Source: Podarcis liolepis
Lineage: Eukaryota
Strand: one strand, 5' to 3'
Assembly (NCBI GenBank): GCA_965112155.1
Contig: OZ218098.1
DNA: 64,000 nt
A model generated the notes under the pieces. It was not told the DNA's origin. It saw only the letters and a list, made by a program, of their open reading frames with translations, and ran no database searches. Positions 38,450-51,424 of the stretch are shown here, piece by piece. How positions within the stretch are numbered: position 1 is the stretch's first letter; each line of letters opens with the position of its first letter. Made by a program: the position numbers and the translations under genes.

Positions 38450-41400
38450 TGAAGAGACACTTGCCACAGGAAATAAAAGAGGAAGTGGTCTGTGATGAAA
38501 TGTTTTCAGTTAATGCTCTGATCCTTGCAGCAAATCAGGTGTGGGTGCATTTAAATGGGAAGAGTATTTTAGCTCTACATGACCACACATTCCCTTTTCC
38601 ACCTCCTGGACTGGAACTGGGTGGTTTGTGTAAATTGTTGGACAGTAGACCTGGCTGCAAACTTGTTGAAAGAAGCTACCTTCAAACTATGTTTATAAGT
38701 GTACATTGCCAATTTCCCAGAAACCCTTGACCTTAGTAGGCTTGCCAAGGAATTCCATAGCTCAACATCCATCATTGATCAATAAGTAGTAATTTCCTCT
38801 GGCATTCTTCTTCATTAATTTACTCTTCTGTGACTTGCATCCAGTTTGAAATGCGTGCAAAATGTATACATGGTCAGGACAAAAAAATCCATTAATAGGA
38901 ACCATGTGTGGCCATATGAGGGATTTTGGTTTGTGTACCTGGACTATTGGTCTGCTTGAGTAATACGTTTAAAAAGAATGTCACCCCATAGCTCACATTT
39001 TAAAAGGACTTCCAATTTCTGTTCTGCAATAATACTTTGACACAATGGATATCAGACACACCAACCTCGGCCCCCTGAATATTTGTTTTAAGGGAGCCAG
39101 GCCCCCTCAAATTAAGGCATCCCTGAGCGTGTCACAGGTTCAGTGGCCAGCTCCTCCAGAGGCCTCGGCCTCCTCTGTCGTGCACAGTTCGTCACACGAG
39201 CACGACACGCGCTGGGCCCTCTCAGTCTTCGCGGCAACCTGGCACCTCTGATGAATATCATCCAAAAACTTTATGGAAACCAAATATCAAGTCTAAAATA
39301 GAATATACAGTAGTATTTTTCTCTAGATGAATGTGACCATCAAATATTAAGTGACTCACGGTGATTACTATTCTGTACCACCATATCATAGTCAGGCCAG
39401 TGTACAATGAAAAGACATGAAATACAATTAAAACCAATGCAAATAAATTTCAAAGTGTCTACCAAAAAAAGAAAGAAGCTAAATTAAAAGGTTAAAGATG
39501 TAGGTGGAAGAGTTCAGAAGTTAATGCAGCACAGAAAAACGATTGAATAAGTTATTTTTAAAAAGTCAGGAAGGCAATCAAACCTGCAAACAGTGGGATT
39601 TTCAAAAACAAAATCTGTGCTATCTGTGATATGTTGGAAGGGTTAACTTCTGAGTCTCCTCAGCTATAATGCTTGAATGTGCCATCAATGCAATAATTAG
39701 AGCAGCTTCCCTTGTGAAGTGCTCCCATTGTGTAGTGTCTGGGAACTAGCTTTCATTGTTCACCCTCAGTTTGCATATGTTGCAAATGTTCCCATAGAGC
39801 AGCAGAGGTTGATCAGTCCATGCTTCTCTTGGAGATTCCCTGTTGTGTATAAATTAATTCTGACTACTCAGTTGTGTACTGCTAGAAAGGTCAGGCATGT
39901 TTCATTGTTTCTAATGAATTAGGAAAACACACAAGCAAATGTGTGGGTTGCATGCATTCCTGGATGAAGATATGTAGAAAAACAGAGTTTACCTGTGGGG
40001 TTTTGTGTGTGTGCTGATGTCCAATTTCATCATGCAGTAGATGAACTACTTCACTACAGAAGAGCATGTGGTTCCATCAGGATGGCTATTTTTGCAATCT
40101 AGATTACAGTGAAAGTAATGTACTTTACATATGTCAATATTTCTGTCCAGTGCAGAAGCTCTGACTTTCACTCCAAGGTCATTATAGAACCTGGCATCTA
40201 GAAATCATGTCTGAGAAGTATTAAAAGAAATAATAATACCATATAGAGGTGCCCTAAGATTTTGCCAGTTAATCACTGGCCATCCTGCTATTACATTCCT
40301 GCTTTTCAGACAGATGGTTCTCTAAAACACACAGAGTCCGAGGGCTTGGAAGTTGGTGGAGGAGAGAGAAATAACTCGAAATCAGGCAGCTAACCTGTTC
40401 CAGCATCTTACCAGCAGTTCCAGGCTGCTGAATGTATTTTTATACCCTCATAAATCTAGTTGCTATTCTTGTAATGTGAATAGTAAAAATCTGCATTTCA
40501 TAACGTAGGAAGGCTGGTAGCAAGACAGAGTGTGTTTTTGTTTCTTTTTATCCTGTGTCTCCAAATGTCTAATTACGTGGCTTCTTTGTCTTGCTGCTGC
40601 TTTTGTCTCTGGAATAGGTTGTGTTCTCTTTCAGAGTGCAAAAAGGGCACTATTAGAACAAGTGTGTTGTTTTTGTTTTTCTTTTTAAGTAGAGCAGCTT
40701 TTGAAAAAACTCCCATGTGGGTTTAGGAAGACCCAGAAAAGACTTCACATTTCGTAACCAATTTCCAGCAGGCCGAACCTAATTTTGTGCCGTATGTAAA
40801 ACCAGTTGTGCCGTCTGATAGTTATCAGAGTAATTTCTCAGAGTAACCCCCTCTCTGCCCTTTTCGTTTTTAAATAAAAGCTTTGGGTGCGCTACATTTT
40901 AAGCAGTATCTCCTAATAGCAGGAGGTAAGCTGGGTTAGCAAGGGAAAATGTGATTGATTTAAATTGCAGCCTGGAAAGGGGGGAGGGGGAAGGTTCCTG
41001 AGAAACAATAGAAGTGAGATTTGCTGCTTCCGCAAGGGAAGTGTGAACTTCAGAATGCCACGTTTTTAATTATGGTTTTCCTTTGTCCAGTTCTTTGCTG
41101 AACAGCTATATCTTTGTAGGATTGTGTCTTGGGATAAACAAATGTGGCATGTTTAACTTTGTTATTCTTTGGCAGGTGAAATTGCATAGTAGTCACTTTT
41201 TTAAAATCCCCCGTTATATTATAATCCTTCAGCTTGGGCTTCTTAAGAGAGCAGGACCAGTAAACCTTTGATCCACCCCCATCTGCCTGAAAATCAGATA
41301 TGAATACATTCCATAATGTATGTGTTTTGACATTTCCTGTGTTTTGCTTTTTTGGTTCTGAAGGAGAGCACAGCCTTGAAGCCACACTGCCAATTAAAGC

Positions 41401-43929
41401 ATGTTTGGCTCTGTCCCTGGCCTTTGAAGAATTTATGGCTGTAGCAAAATTCTGATCCGAAAATCCACATAGGGAACCCTGACGACATTTTGGCCACACT
41501 TTGGGTGGTAGCGTTTATTATTTGTACAAGAACTGCAGCACGCACAACAGTACCTCTGTTTGTTTATTTGCAAGGTCTCTTGCCCACCCTTCGCTATAAG
41601 GGCTTGGGGCAGGTTAGAAATAAAATATAATGTATGATGATAAAAGCAAATAAAACATTTGCAATTATGAAACAAACAAACCCATTCCAGATGGAAGAGA
41701 ACAGCATAAATTCAGCGAAAGAGGATGGTCCCACAGGGGAAAAAAACCCCCAACATACGCCTTAACTGTCAAGTGAAACACAGGCAATTGTAGTATTGCA
41801 AGCCATGTTGAGTGTTAGGTAAGACAAGTGTGGCCTTCCAACAAAATGTTGTAGTGTGGAGTGTTCATGTTTAGGGTGCCAGCCAGCTTGTCATTCCCCT
41901 TTGCAGCGAACTCTGTTCCATCCCTCTCCACAACAGGCTTGCTCGGCATCAGCCTGCCCCCAAATCGGTGACCTCCAGTGGTTAGAAAAGATGGGAGTTG
42001 TAGTCCAGCAAGGGACGGAAACAATATAAGGAAAGGAGAAACAAGGTGATTATTTGTGTGACTTCCTGACACAAATTTGTTGTACTCAGGGTGAAGGATA
42101 GACTCATGTGCTTAAATGTGTTCCTTATTGCTAATCAGGTATTCCATCAACTTTGTTCGATGGTCAGCTCCATCAAAACCAATAAACCAGGGAAACCACT
42201 CTGGCTGTTTACTGCAAAGCTGTGAACACTAAAGCATAAGGAAATATAGATACATCTGCGCTGGTGGTGTAAAGCGAAGGAGAAAAATGCATCCTTTTAA
42301 ACTTGGGGATCCTTCTCTGTGGGTTACATTTGTTTTTAAAAAGAAATTCAAGAGAAGGAAGCGATCAAGAAGAGGAGGCAGCATTTAGGTGTGTTCACTT
42401 AATGGGAACAGTTGTCCTTCCGCTGTTTCTGTAAGTATTGTCTTGTGTGCAAAGCTTATTTCAAATGTAATCTTGGTGGGGAATTGTTCTAACCAGGAAT
42501 TCGTGGGAAAAGATTAGTTACGTTTTCGATTTACAGTAAACATTGCACTGCCTGGCAAAAGAATTGTCATTTGCGTTTTGAGCTGTTTGCTTTGGGACTG
42601 GCATGTGCAAGTTTTGAAGTTGGGTAGCTGTGGCATCTATGCTATGGCACCACATGTTTCCATCGATCCCAGCTGGTATTTTTAATATGCCAGGAAGATT
42701 AGCTACTTCTGGCAGCCATGCAGAGTGTGTAGGGGCCCACAGGCTCTAGGAAGCCCACCAAACCTGGAAATAATAAATTACGCCATGCAATAATTTTGTT
42801 GTCCATTGTTTATATGATTTAAGTTTTTCTTCTTCGTAACAAATGTTTGATGCCCGTTGTCATATCAGTTAATATCAGGTATAAAGATGCAACTGTAATC
42901 CATATGCATTATGAAGATACGTGCTTCATAGTATGTGTTTTATGGGGCTGCATCTGAGTGCTACCCATGCTGGAGCTTACAGAGCCTTCTTGGTGGTGGC
43001 TCCCCATTTGCAGAATGCCCTCTCTGGTGAGGTGCATCCATCTTCCTCATTATTAACATTCAGGAGGAATTGAAAAACATTCCCGTTCCCCCAGGCATTT
43101 GATGGCTCGAAGATACTGTTTGGGGCAACCTTGAAATTATTAACTCTGAGGACATGTGGTTATTTTTACTTTTTCATTTTCAGTTGTGTTGTTCTACTGC
43201 TTTGTTAGCTACCCTGGGAAATTCTGGGAAGAAGGGTGGCATAGAAATGTAACAAATATATTCCCTCTTTTCATAACAATGGTTCACCTCTGATCAGAAA
43301 GTATGTACTTAAGATACTGGAATATATTCAAACTAAATTGGGTGAGGGGGGCCACACTGTATTTTGTGCAAGGGCCGGAGTATGGCTGCCCCAACTTTTT
43401 ATGCAGTTGTGTTTGAGGGCTAAAGTTGGTGTTGTACAGCCTCAAAGCCTTACTTTCGCTGTACATTATTCTCCAATGGATCTTGAAGGGAAAATCTTTT
43501 TCCCCCCTTTTGGAACCCTCTGACATTGAATTTATAAGGGATAAAACTAAATGTGAAATACAGATAATTTTATGGTGGTCTCAGGCAGGAATCAGACACA
43601 CAGTGTATGAAATGAGTGGCTTAAGCATTGTGGTTTCCTAGCAACTCTTATCTCATTTAAAAATTGCTGTTAACACTTGTGTGTACAAAGATTGCCGAAA
43701 GAGGTTTCCTAGATTTCCTGAGTTCAGACTCTCTGCTCAGAGCAGGGGGGGGGGGGGGGGAGCAACAGAAACTTACTTAACTCTTGGCATGTTTGGCAGT
43801 TGCTTGTGAACCAATTTTGAGGCCCGTGTGTGGGAAAGTAGCATATGCATTTTTCTCTTTATACAGAAAGAAAAAATTACCCAGGTAGTAAAATAGATTA
43901 GTAGTACAGGAATATAGATTTGATCACTG

Positions 43930-44640
43930 GTGTATGATAATAAAATACTTGAGTTACAACAATTTAAAATACAGTATCACAACAGTTTAAAGCAAATTAA
44001 CAATCTCAAAAATAGGATGTGCCCTAAAACTGTACCTCTCGTGTGGCAAAGGCATTAAGAAATGTGTCTTCAGCATACAAGGAAAACTACTGATTCACGA
44101 GGGTGCCAGTTGCACTCCTTTGGGGAGGGAGTTCCATAGCTTAGTAGCTGCCACACAAAATGGTGTCTCCTGGGCCACCGCCACCTCAAGCTTATGAGGG
44201 GGGTGGGAGTACCAAGAGGGTCACCTCTTCTGATTAACACCTAAGAGGGTCTGTAGGGAAGGGGGCAGCCTTCCAGGCATTTAGGACCTAAGTCATTTAG
44301 GACTGTAAACACTAATGTGAGCACCTTGAACTGGGCTTAGAAATTGACTGGGAAACCCATGCGACTGTTTTAAAAGGGAGGTTGTATGTTATCTAAATGG
44401 AACGTCAGTTATTAAATCTGGCTGCTGAGTTTTTGGGCCAACCGAAGTTTCAGAGTCTTCTTCAACAGCCTCACATAGAGGGTGTTGCAATAACGCAGTC
44501 CGGAAGTTTCCGGAGTATGGAGTACAGGGGCCAAGTGCAACCGCACCTCTTGGATGTGATGACACCAAACACCTCTGTCTTTTCCAGATTCAGCTTCAAT
44601 TTGCCTGTACTCAGAAGGATAAAGAAGACAAGGAAGTAAT
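43930..44640 (-). mobile_element. Degraded L2-clade LINE fragment
   Basis: Reverse-strand peptide KLKLNLEKTEV (L2 RT downstream motif LKLNPxKTE) and L2-type nucleotide motifs. Confidence 0.6.
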
Positions 44641-44672
44641 ATCTTCTCATAGTGACATTTAAGGCTATAGTC

Positions 44673-44809
44673 CAGGCATAGGCAAACTCAGCCTTCCAGA
44701 TCTTTTTGAGACTACAATTCCCATCATCCCTGACCACTGGTCCTGTTAGCTAGGGATGATGGGAGTTGTAGTCCCAAAACATCTGGAGGGCTGAGTTTGC
44801 CTATGCCTG
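44673..44809. mobile_element. Intact palindromic hAT MITE (137 bp)
   Basis: TIR CAGGCATAGGCAAACTCAGCC / GGCTGAGTTTGCCTATGCCTG; perfect 8-bp TSD CTATAGTC at 44665-44672 and 44810-44817. Confidence 0.93.
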
Positions 44810-45639
44810 CTATAGTCCTATGCTCACCTACCTGGGAATAAGTCCCATTGAGCCAACCCCTTTTGGTTGACAAGCCTAGGATTGAACTTTAAATTTAACC
44901 AGGTGTTGCCCTAGATCTGACTGAGGTGTCTGGATGGTACCAGAGTATAACGTTGAAGCAGGATACACCTCTCTGGGGAGATGGTGCCAAAGTTTTGGAG
45001 TTGGTGCAGCCTCGGTGTAGACGCTTGCAGTAATACATGCTTTTATTGGCATGTTTGGTGTGGGGGTTTTCAACCCAGCACAGATATTGACTTTCGGGTT
45101 TTAAGCCATTTCACTTCTATCGCACTTTAATCTGGCTAATATGAATTTATTCAACAGACTGATATACCTTCTGTGTTGCTGTCGCTGTCAGAATCACTGA
45201 ACACGAGGTATAATTGCAGCAAAGCATCGGAACGAGACAAAAACAAACAAACCTCAGCCAGCCATGGTTGAAACTAATGTGTGCTAATGCATAAGAGATT
45301 GGCATGGTGGCATCTGGGGCTGGGTAACGTCTGCAGTTAACCATGCAGCGTCGAGACCATTTTGACATTCATTGGGTTAAAGGGAGGAAAAGGTCACTCT
45401 GGGGTTAATGCTTGGCTTATTTGGAACAGCTGTGTTGTGCTAAGGCTTAAAAGGCTATGTTCCCTTGGGAACTTGGAAGAAGAATCCATAGCTAGAAAAT
45501 GGAAGCAGGTGGATCTCCTTTAGGAATCTGTTGGCTTATGGAAGCCCAACATACTCAGCGTATTTCGGATTCAACACCTCATAAAAGGACCATAAATGTT
45601 TACAATTGTTTGACCCAGCAGAAAGTTGTTCCTCTTTGT

Positions 45640-45870
45640 ACTGAGTGTTGGGTGTTCCCCTCTCGCAGAGCTACAAATCCCAGAGTTCCCTGGGAAGAGA
45701 GATTGGCTGCTAAACCCCTCTTGAGAACTGGAGCTCCGTGAAGGAGAGAGGGGTCTCCTAAGAACTCTCAGCACCTTTAACAAACTACACTTCCTGGGGT
45801 TCCTGCGGGGAAGCCATGACTGTTTAAAGTGGTACAATACTGGCTTAAATGTATAGTGCGAATGGGGCCT
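45640..45870. mobile_element. Partial non-autonomous DNA transposon (PIF/Harbinger-like end)
   Basis: Ends ...AATGTATAGTGCGAATGGGGCC; internal inverted segments; family assignment tentative. Confidence 0.5.
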
Positions 45871-46163
45871 GTGACCTGCCCCTCTGCTTCCACTTCCAAT
45901 GCTGCCACCTCCTCCTGAGCTGTAAGAAAATTATTGTTGACCAGAGAGTTCCCATATTCTTTTTGATAATGAAATAATATTTGGCATGCATTGATTACCA
46001 TATAGAAAAACAACACACTATATTCTAGAGATGCTCTTTATACCTGCAATGTAAGCATGCATCTGGGCTGCGCTTGCACCGTAACATTATTGGAAATGCA
46101 AGCAAACTGCTCTCTACAGTCAGCGTCCCTCTTGGTATATACAGTGGGCTTGCCACTTACATA

Positions 46164-46815
46164 CAGTGGTACCTTGGGTTAAGTACTTATTCGTTCCAGA
46201 GGTCCGTTCTTAAGATGAAACTGTTCTTAACCTGAAGCACCACTTTAGCTAATGGGGCCTCCTGCTGCCGCTGCACCGCTGCTGCACGATTTCTCTTCTC
46301 CCCCCCCCCCCCGATAAATTTTTCTTAATATTACATATATATACATATAAACATATACAAAATCCATTACATAGCTTGCACCTTTTATATCCACTCCACA
46401 AATCATAGGTATAATACAAAGTTTTTACAAATCATACGTATAATATAAAGTTATTTTAGGCTCAGCCGAGCCTTGAACTTCCTTCCACTCCTTTGGTAAG
46501 TATCAAATAAGTTTTACAGTCACGTATTTTATCTCTTTTACCTAATAATCACTTGCTGTTAGAGTTATTCCAACCCCACCAGTGTTGTCTGAAATTTATT
46601 TCCAATATACATCAAATATTTATTCCAATTATCATGAAATTTCTGTTCGTCTTGATCTCTTAATCTTCCTGTTATTCTAGTGAGCTCGGCATAGTTTATC
46701 ACTTTAACCTGCACGATTTCTCTTCTCATCCTGAAGCAAAGTTCTTAACCTGAAGTAATATTTCTGGGTTAGTGGAGTCTGTAACCTGAAGCGTATGTAA
46801 CCCGAGGTACCACTG
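46164..46815 (+). mobile_element. Tc1/mariner MITE family A interrupted by an L1 fragment
   Basis: TA-flanked TIRs at both ends; colinear with 48159-48400 once the insert is removed. Confidence 0.92.
46301..46708 (-). mobile_element. 5'-truncated L1-clade LINE 3' end
   Basis: Reverse ORF 46708-46565, VKVINYAELTRITGRLRDQDEQKFHDNWNKYLMYIGNKFQTTLVGLE*; perfect 19-bp TSD CTGCACGATTTCTCTTCTC at 46282-46300 and 46709-46727. Confidence 0.85.
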
Positions 46816-47825
46816 TAATTGCACCTTTAGGTGTGTGGCCGAAAAGGAAAGAAATAAATGAAGAGCGGCAGAAACATGCCAGAGAAATACTTTTTGAGCC
46901 CTCCGTTCTGCTTACCAGGCTCTGGGATGGCCGTGCTCCTAGGGCCCTCACACATCCTTCTCCAGAGCCCAGTAAGCAAGGCAGAGGGCTCAGAAAAGCA
47001 AGGCTCAGTAAGCAGGGCAGAGTCCAATAGCTTTTGGAAGGCCACATGTTCCCCATTTCTGATTTGGAGGATTTGAGGCTCCTGATAAATTCCGAAGCCC
47101 ATCCTGCTTTGCAAATACGGTCCCAGAATTCACTCCATTTCCCATAGGCATGGCAAAATTCAACGTGTACTTCACTTGTGTCATGTTGCAAAGTTAGCAG
47201 TGCATCCTGACCTACACACAGAGCACCCAGCGTTTTGTCTTTTCTGGGTTCATTCCTGTTATCTGGAAGCCTGATCATGTGAGCTGTTCCTCAGTATCTT
47301 AAGCTGCCTTGACAACAAAGCAACTCGTGTGCTAAGCATTGTTGCTGAATCCTTTGCATAATTGATCGTTTATGTACTGAGTTCTTGTACTGAGTAATTC
47401 TTGTTTTTTCGCCATTGCCATTTGCTTTGGCTCTTTTGCTTGACAACCTGTTGAAGATTTCAAAAGCAACAGTATAGCCGTCACAGATGACTGGAACATT
47501 TGTTTTTAGTAGCCAATTTAAAACCATCCTCTCTGGTTTATTCCACCAGATTGGTTAAATGCATTCCTTTTTTGTTTAGTGTTGGTGAGTCACCCTGTTG
47601 CCGATGAAAAGGTATTTGCACTTCATAATTGGTTTTAGTTACTGTTGCCTACAAAAGTTAAGAAACGTTGCTGATTCCTTCCTAGTCAGATTTCAAGACT
47701 GATTTGCAGCTGGGACATACATATTTCGGCTTCGTTACCTACCAACCCCAAAATCTGGGATCCCCTCAAAACTGGTGCTAAAGTTTAGCAACTGGAAGCT
47801 GCAGATTTCCACACTGAACAAGATA

Positions 47826-48156
47826 CAGTGGTGCCTCGCAAGACGAAATTAATTCGTTCCGCGAGTTTTGTCATCTTGTGATTTTTTTCGTCTTGCGAAG
47901 CACGGTGTCGGGAAAGTTTTGGAAAAGCTTCAAAAATCACCAAAGTCTTTAAAAACCTCAAAAAAGGCTACCACGAAGTCAAGTCGCAACTGTATTAACG
48001 GTGTTAAGAAAAAGGAAACAAACTTGCAAGACGTTTCCATCTTGCGAAGCAAGCCCATAGGGAAAATCGTCTTGCAAAGCAGCTCAAAAAACAAAAAACC
48101 CTTTCATCTAGCGAGTTTTTTGTCTTGTGAGGCATTCGTCTTGCGAGGTACCACTG
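47826..48156 (+). mobile_element. Tc1/mariner MITE family B, uninterrupted
   Basis: TA-CAGTGGTGCCTCGCAAGACGAA...TTCGTCTTGCGAGGTACCACTG-TA. Confidence 0.92.
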
Positions 48157-48158
48157 TA

Positions 48159-48400
48159 CAGTGGTACCTCAGGTTAAGTACTTAATTCGTTTCGGTGGTC
48201 CGTTCTTAACCTGAAACTGTTCTTAACCTGAAGCACCACTTTAGCTAAAGGGGCCTCCTGCTGCCGTCGCGCTGCCGGAGCCCGATTTCTGTTCTTATCC
48301 TGAAGCAAAGTTCTTAACCTAAAGCACTATTTCTGGGTTAGCGGAGTCTGTAACCTGAAGCGTATGTAACCTGAAGCATATGTAACCCGAGGTACCACTG
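48159..48400 (+). mobile_element. Tc1/mariner MITE family A
   Basis: Shares the TA at 48157-48158 with family B; ends GAGGTACCACTG-TA. Confidence 0.93.
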
Positions 48401-49120
48401 TACATTGATTTCTTCACACACCCTGCAGTGCTCCCTGGAATAAGGTTGCCATACATCTGGAATTTCCTGGACATACCTGGAGTATTGCAGTCAGAAGCAG
48501 TGTCCGGGTGGAAAGCTAAAAAATGTCCAGACGTATGGTGACCCATGTCGGCAGTGTCATTTTTGGCAATTTCCCTTTAAAAAAAAGCTCAGAAACATCA
48601 TTTCTTTTTGCAATTTTGCCCAAAATGCTCAACAACTTTCTTCAAGTTAATGAACATGTAGACCAGAATCGTCAAATGACAATTGATAATCCACTTTAAA
48701 GGGGGTGGTTGTGCATCCTCTCTTTAAGAGGACCTCTTTGGACCTAGAAGTGTTAAATAACTATTGCCCAGTGGTGAAGATACCCATTTTGGGCAAGGTA
48801 CCTGTGAGAGTGGTGGCCACCCAGCTTCATGTAAGTTTGAAGGAAAGTTGATTATTTGGAAAATTTGGATAACTCTGAGCTTCAAAGTACGGCTGTGCTT
48901 CAGTTCTCACTGCTTCAGCTCATAAAAATTTAGAGTTTGTACACTCGAAGGACCACCTCCATACCTACCAACCTTCTCAGGTGTCCTTGGAGAGGACATT
49001 CTCTGTGGTAGCCCCTAAACTGTGGAACTCCCTCCCCACAGTGATGCATCTAAGCATATTCATTGTATTCAGCTTTCACTGTACGCTGAAGACACACCTC
49101 TTTGGCATTTACACGAAAGC

Positions 49121-49354
49121 ATTTACAAACTACAAGAAAGAAGATTCCACCTAAACATTAGGAAGAACTTCCTGACAGTAAGAGCTGTTCGACAGTGGAA
49201 TTTGCTGCCAAGGAGTGTGGTGGAGTCTCCTTCTTTGGAGGTTTTTAAGCAGAGGCTTGACAACCATATGTCAGGAGTGCTCTGATGGTGTTTCCTGCTT
49301 GGCAGGGGGTTGGACTCGATGGCCCTTGTGGTCTATTCCAACTCTATGATTCTA
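49121..49354 (+). mobile_element. CR1 LINE 3' end
   Basis: [46 protein letters not shown] is the CR1 ORF2 C-terminus; TTCCAACTCTATGATTCTAT tail. Confidence 0.92.
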
Positions 49355-50552
49355 TATTTTCGTGTGTAAGACTTGGTGTGTTTTTTCACTGAAAAATCAT
49401 CTTTAAAATCGGGGGTCGTCTTATACATGGGTAGTGCCTGGGGGGACGTGGGGTTATTGGCGTCTGCGGCAAGGGGTGGTGTTGATTTGGTGTTTCTGCG
49501 GCAATTTATTTTCTAGAACCCCTATCCTTTGCTGAATTTATACTGTTCTGTTCCATTTGTCATTTTTATCATTGCAATGGTTTCATTTGTTTTTATAACA
49601 AACATGGGAACCTGCCCTGGGACCTTACGCTAACGGGCAGGTAAGAATTTCCTATAAGCTAACTAAGTAAGAGGTGCATTGCTGTACCAACGGCAATAAA
49701 ATAAATTAATGCGATGTACCACATGCCGTACATTGCAATATGTGAATGCCATGTATTGCATAGCTGCCATTTCCACCACTTTACATATTAGGGTAAATGA
49801 GCAGATTCAAAAGAGCAGCTGTGCTGCTAGGTATAAAATATTCAGGAACGGTAGAGGAGACAATCTTGTTTGTGTCTTCATAAGAGCTCATTAAGCCGAA
49901 AATTGTTATCTGCCACTTTATTACAGGCCCCAGAAACTGGGACAAAACTTTAACAGCAGCTTCTCACCTGTGTTTCATCTTTCAAAAACAAATCCTTTTG
50001 AAAAGGCTTATTTCAAGTTGCCATCAACAAAATGTGTGGCATATGCCCTGGAGGCAAGTGGTTAGATGTATGGGTGGTAGCGTGGACCTACTATGACTAG
50101 GCAACCTGCATTAGCCTCATTAAGGAGTGCTTCCTCTGAGTGTCTCTGTGTTGCATATATGAGGTGAAACATCTTCCTTGCCGTTAATGAGAGAATCATC
50201 CCCTCTGCTGTGCGCTGTCTCTTTCATGTGCCCTGTCATTGCCCTTCATGCCGTTTAATTCAGAACTTAGTGGCCCTTGAAATAACTCCTTCAGCTCTTG
50301 ATGGACATTTTTGCAGAGGCAAAGTAGTCCGTTCGGTTGCGTTTGTTTAATGTATTGCAGTGGTAGCACGATTGTCATATTTCCTAAGCGGGCTGAGCAT
50401 CAGCAGGGGCCAAGAGGTATAGAAATGAAATTAATAATATAATAGTAGCAATAATAAATCTGATTGGGGGTGGGTGGGAGGAATGGTGCCTAAGACACTC
50501 TGTTGTGGTGACTATGACCTAAGTTTAAGGTGCCATTTGGTATTATCTTATA

Positions 50553-50753
50553 CAGTGGTACCTCGGGTTAAGAACTTAATTCGTTCTGGAGGTCCGTACT
50601 TAACCTGAAACTGTTCTTAACCTGAGGTACCACTTTAGCTAATGGGGCCTCCCACTGCCGCTGCACGATTTCTCTTCTCATCCTGAAGCAAAGTTCTTAA
50701 CCCGGGTTAGCGGAGTCTGTAACCTGAAGCATCTGTAACCCGAGGTACCACTG
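50553..50753 (+). mobile_element. Tc1/mariner MITE family A (internally deleted)
   Basis: TA-flanked CAGTGGTACCTCGGGTTA / TAACCCGAGGTACCACTG. Confidence 0.93.
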
Positions 50754-51280
50754 TATATCTGAGTTTCTAACACTGATACTATCTACAGTATTCAAATTGG
50801 ATGTTGCTCATTAAAAACTTTTTGACAGGCTCCTGCAGGATTAGCTTTTGCAGAGGAATATCTGAGCTAATATTTGTAGCTCTCTCGTTTCCCACCAGCC
50901 ATGTCTTAGAATCAACTAGTCCATGGCATTCTTTGTGGGGGGAGAAAACTGGTTTGACCAGGTAAATTAACACCTTGGCATGGATATTCTTTCACAATGA
51001 CGGAAGCAGAGTTTATTGTAGTAGTAAGAAGGGTTTTTAACAAGGCTATTCTTCTTTCAGCCAGGCCTCCCTTACTTTTATAACGTTGCTTGATATGTTT
51101 GCGTCTTTCGTGAGGAGTGTTCGAGCAGACTACATGAATTTAATGTTTCCTGCCCCTTGACATGCTTAAACTATGTATGCTTTCTATACTTCCTGGTGTG
51201 GAAGATGGTTTTGGTTTCCGTTCCAAAGAATAGCATCGGAACTGCCTCCAAATAAGAGTTATAACTAAATGTATTGTCTT

Positions 51281-51424
51281 CCATGGACTCTCCTTCATTG
51301 GAGGTTATTGAGCAGAGTTTGGATGGCCATCTGCCATGGATGCTTTAGTTGAGATTCCCGCATTGCAGCGGGTTGAACTAGATGACCCTTGGGGTCCCTT
51401 ACAACTCTACAATTCTACGATTCT
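51281..51424 (+). mobile_element. CR1 LINE extreme 3' fragment
   Basis: TCTCCTTCATTGGAGGTT...CCCTTACAACTCTACAATTCTACGATTCT; similar to the distal part of 49121-49354. Confidence 0.8.

Noticed and set aside
38492-38521. C/D box snoRNA (GTGATGA...CTGA)
   Set aside because: The boxes are only about 20 nt apart, with no convincing terminal stem or later D box
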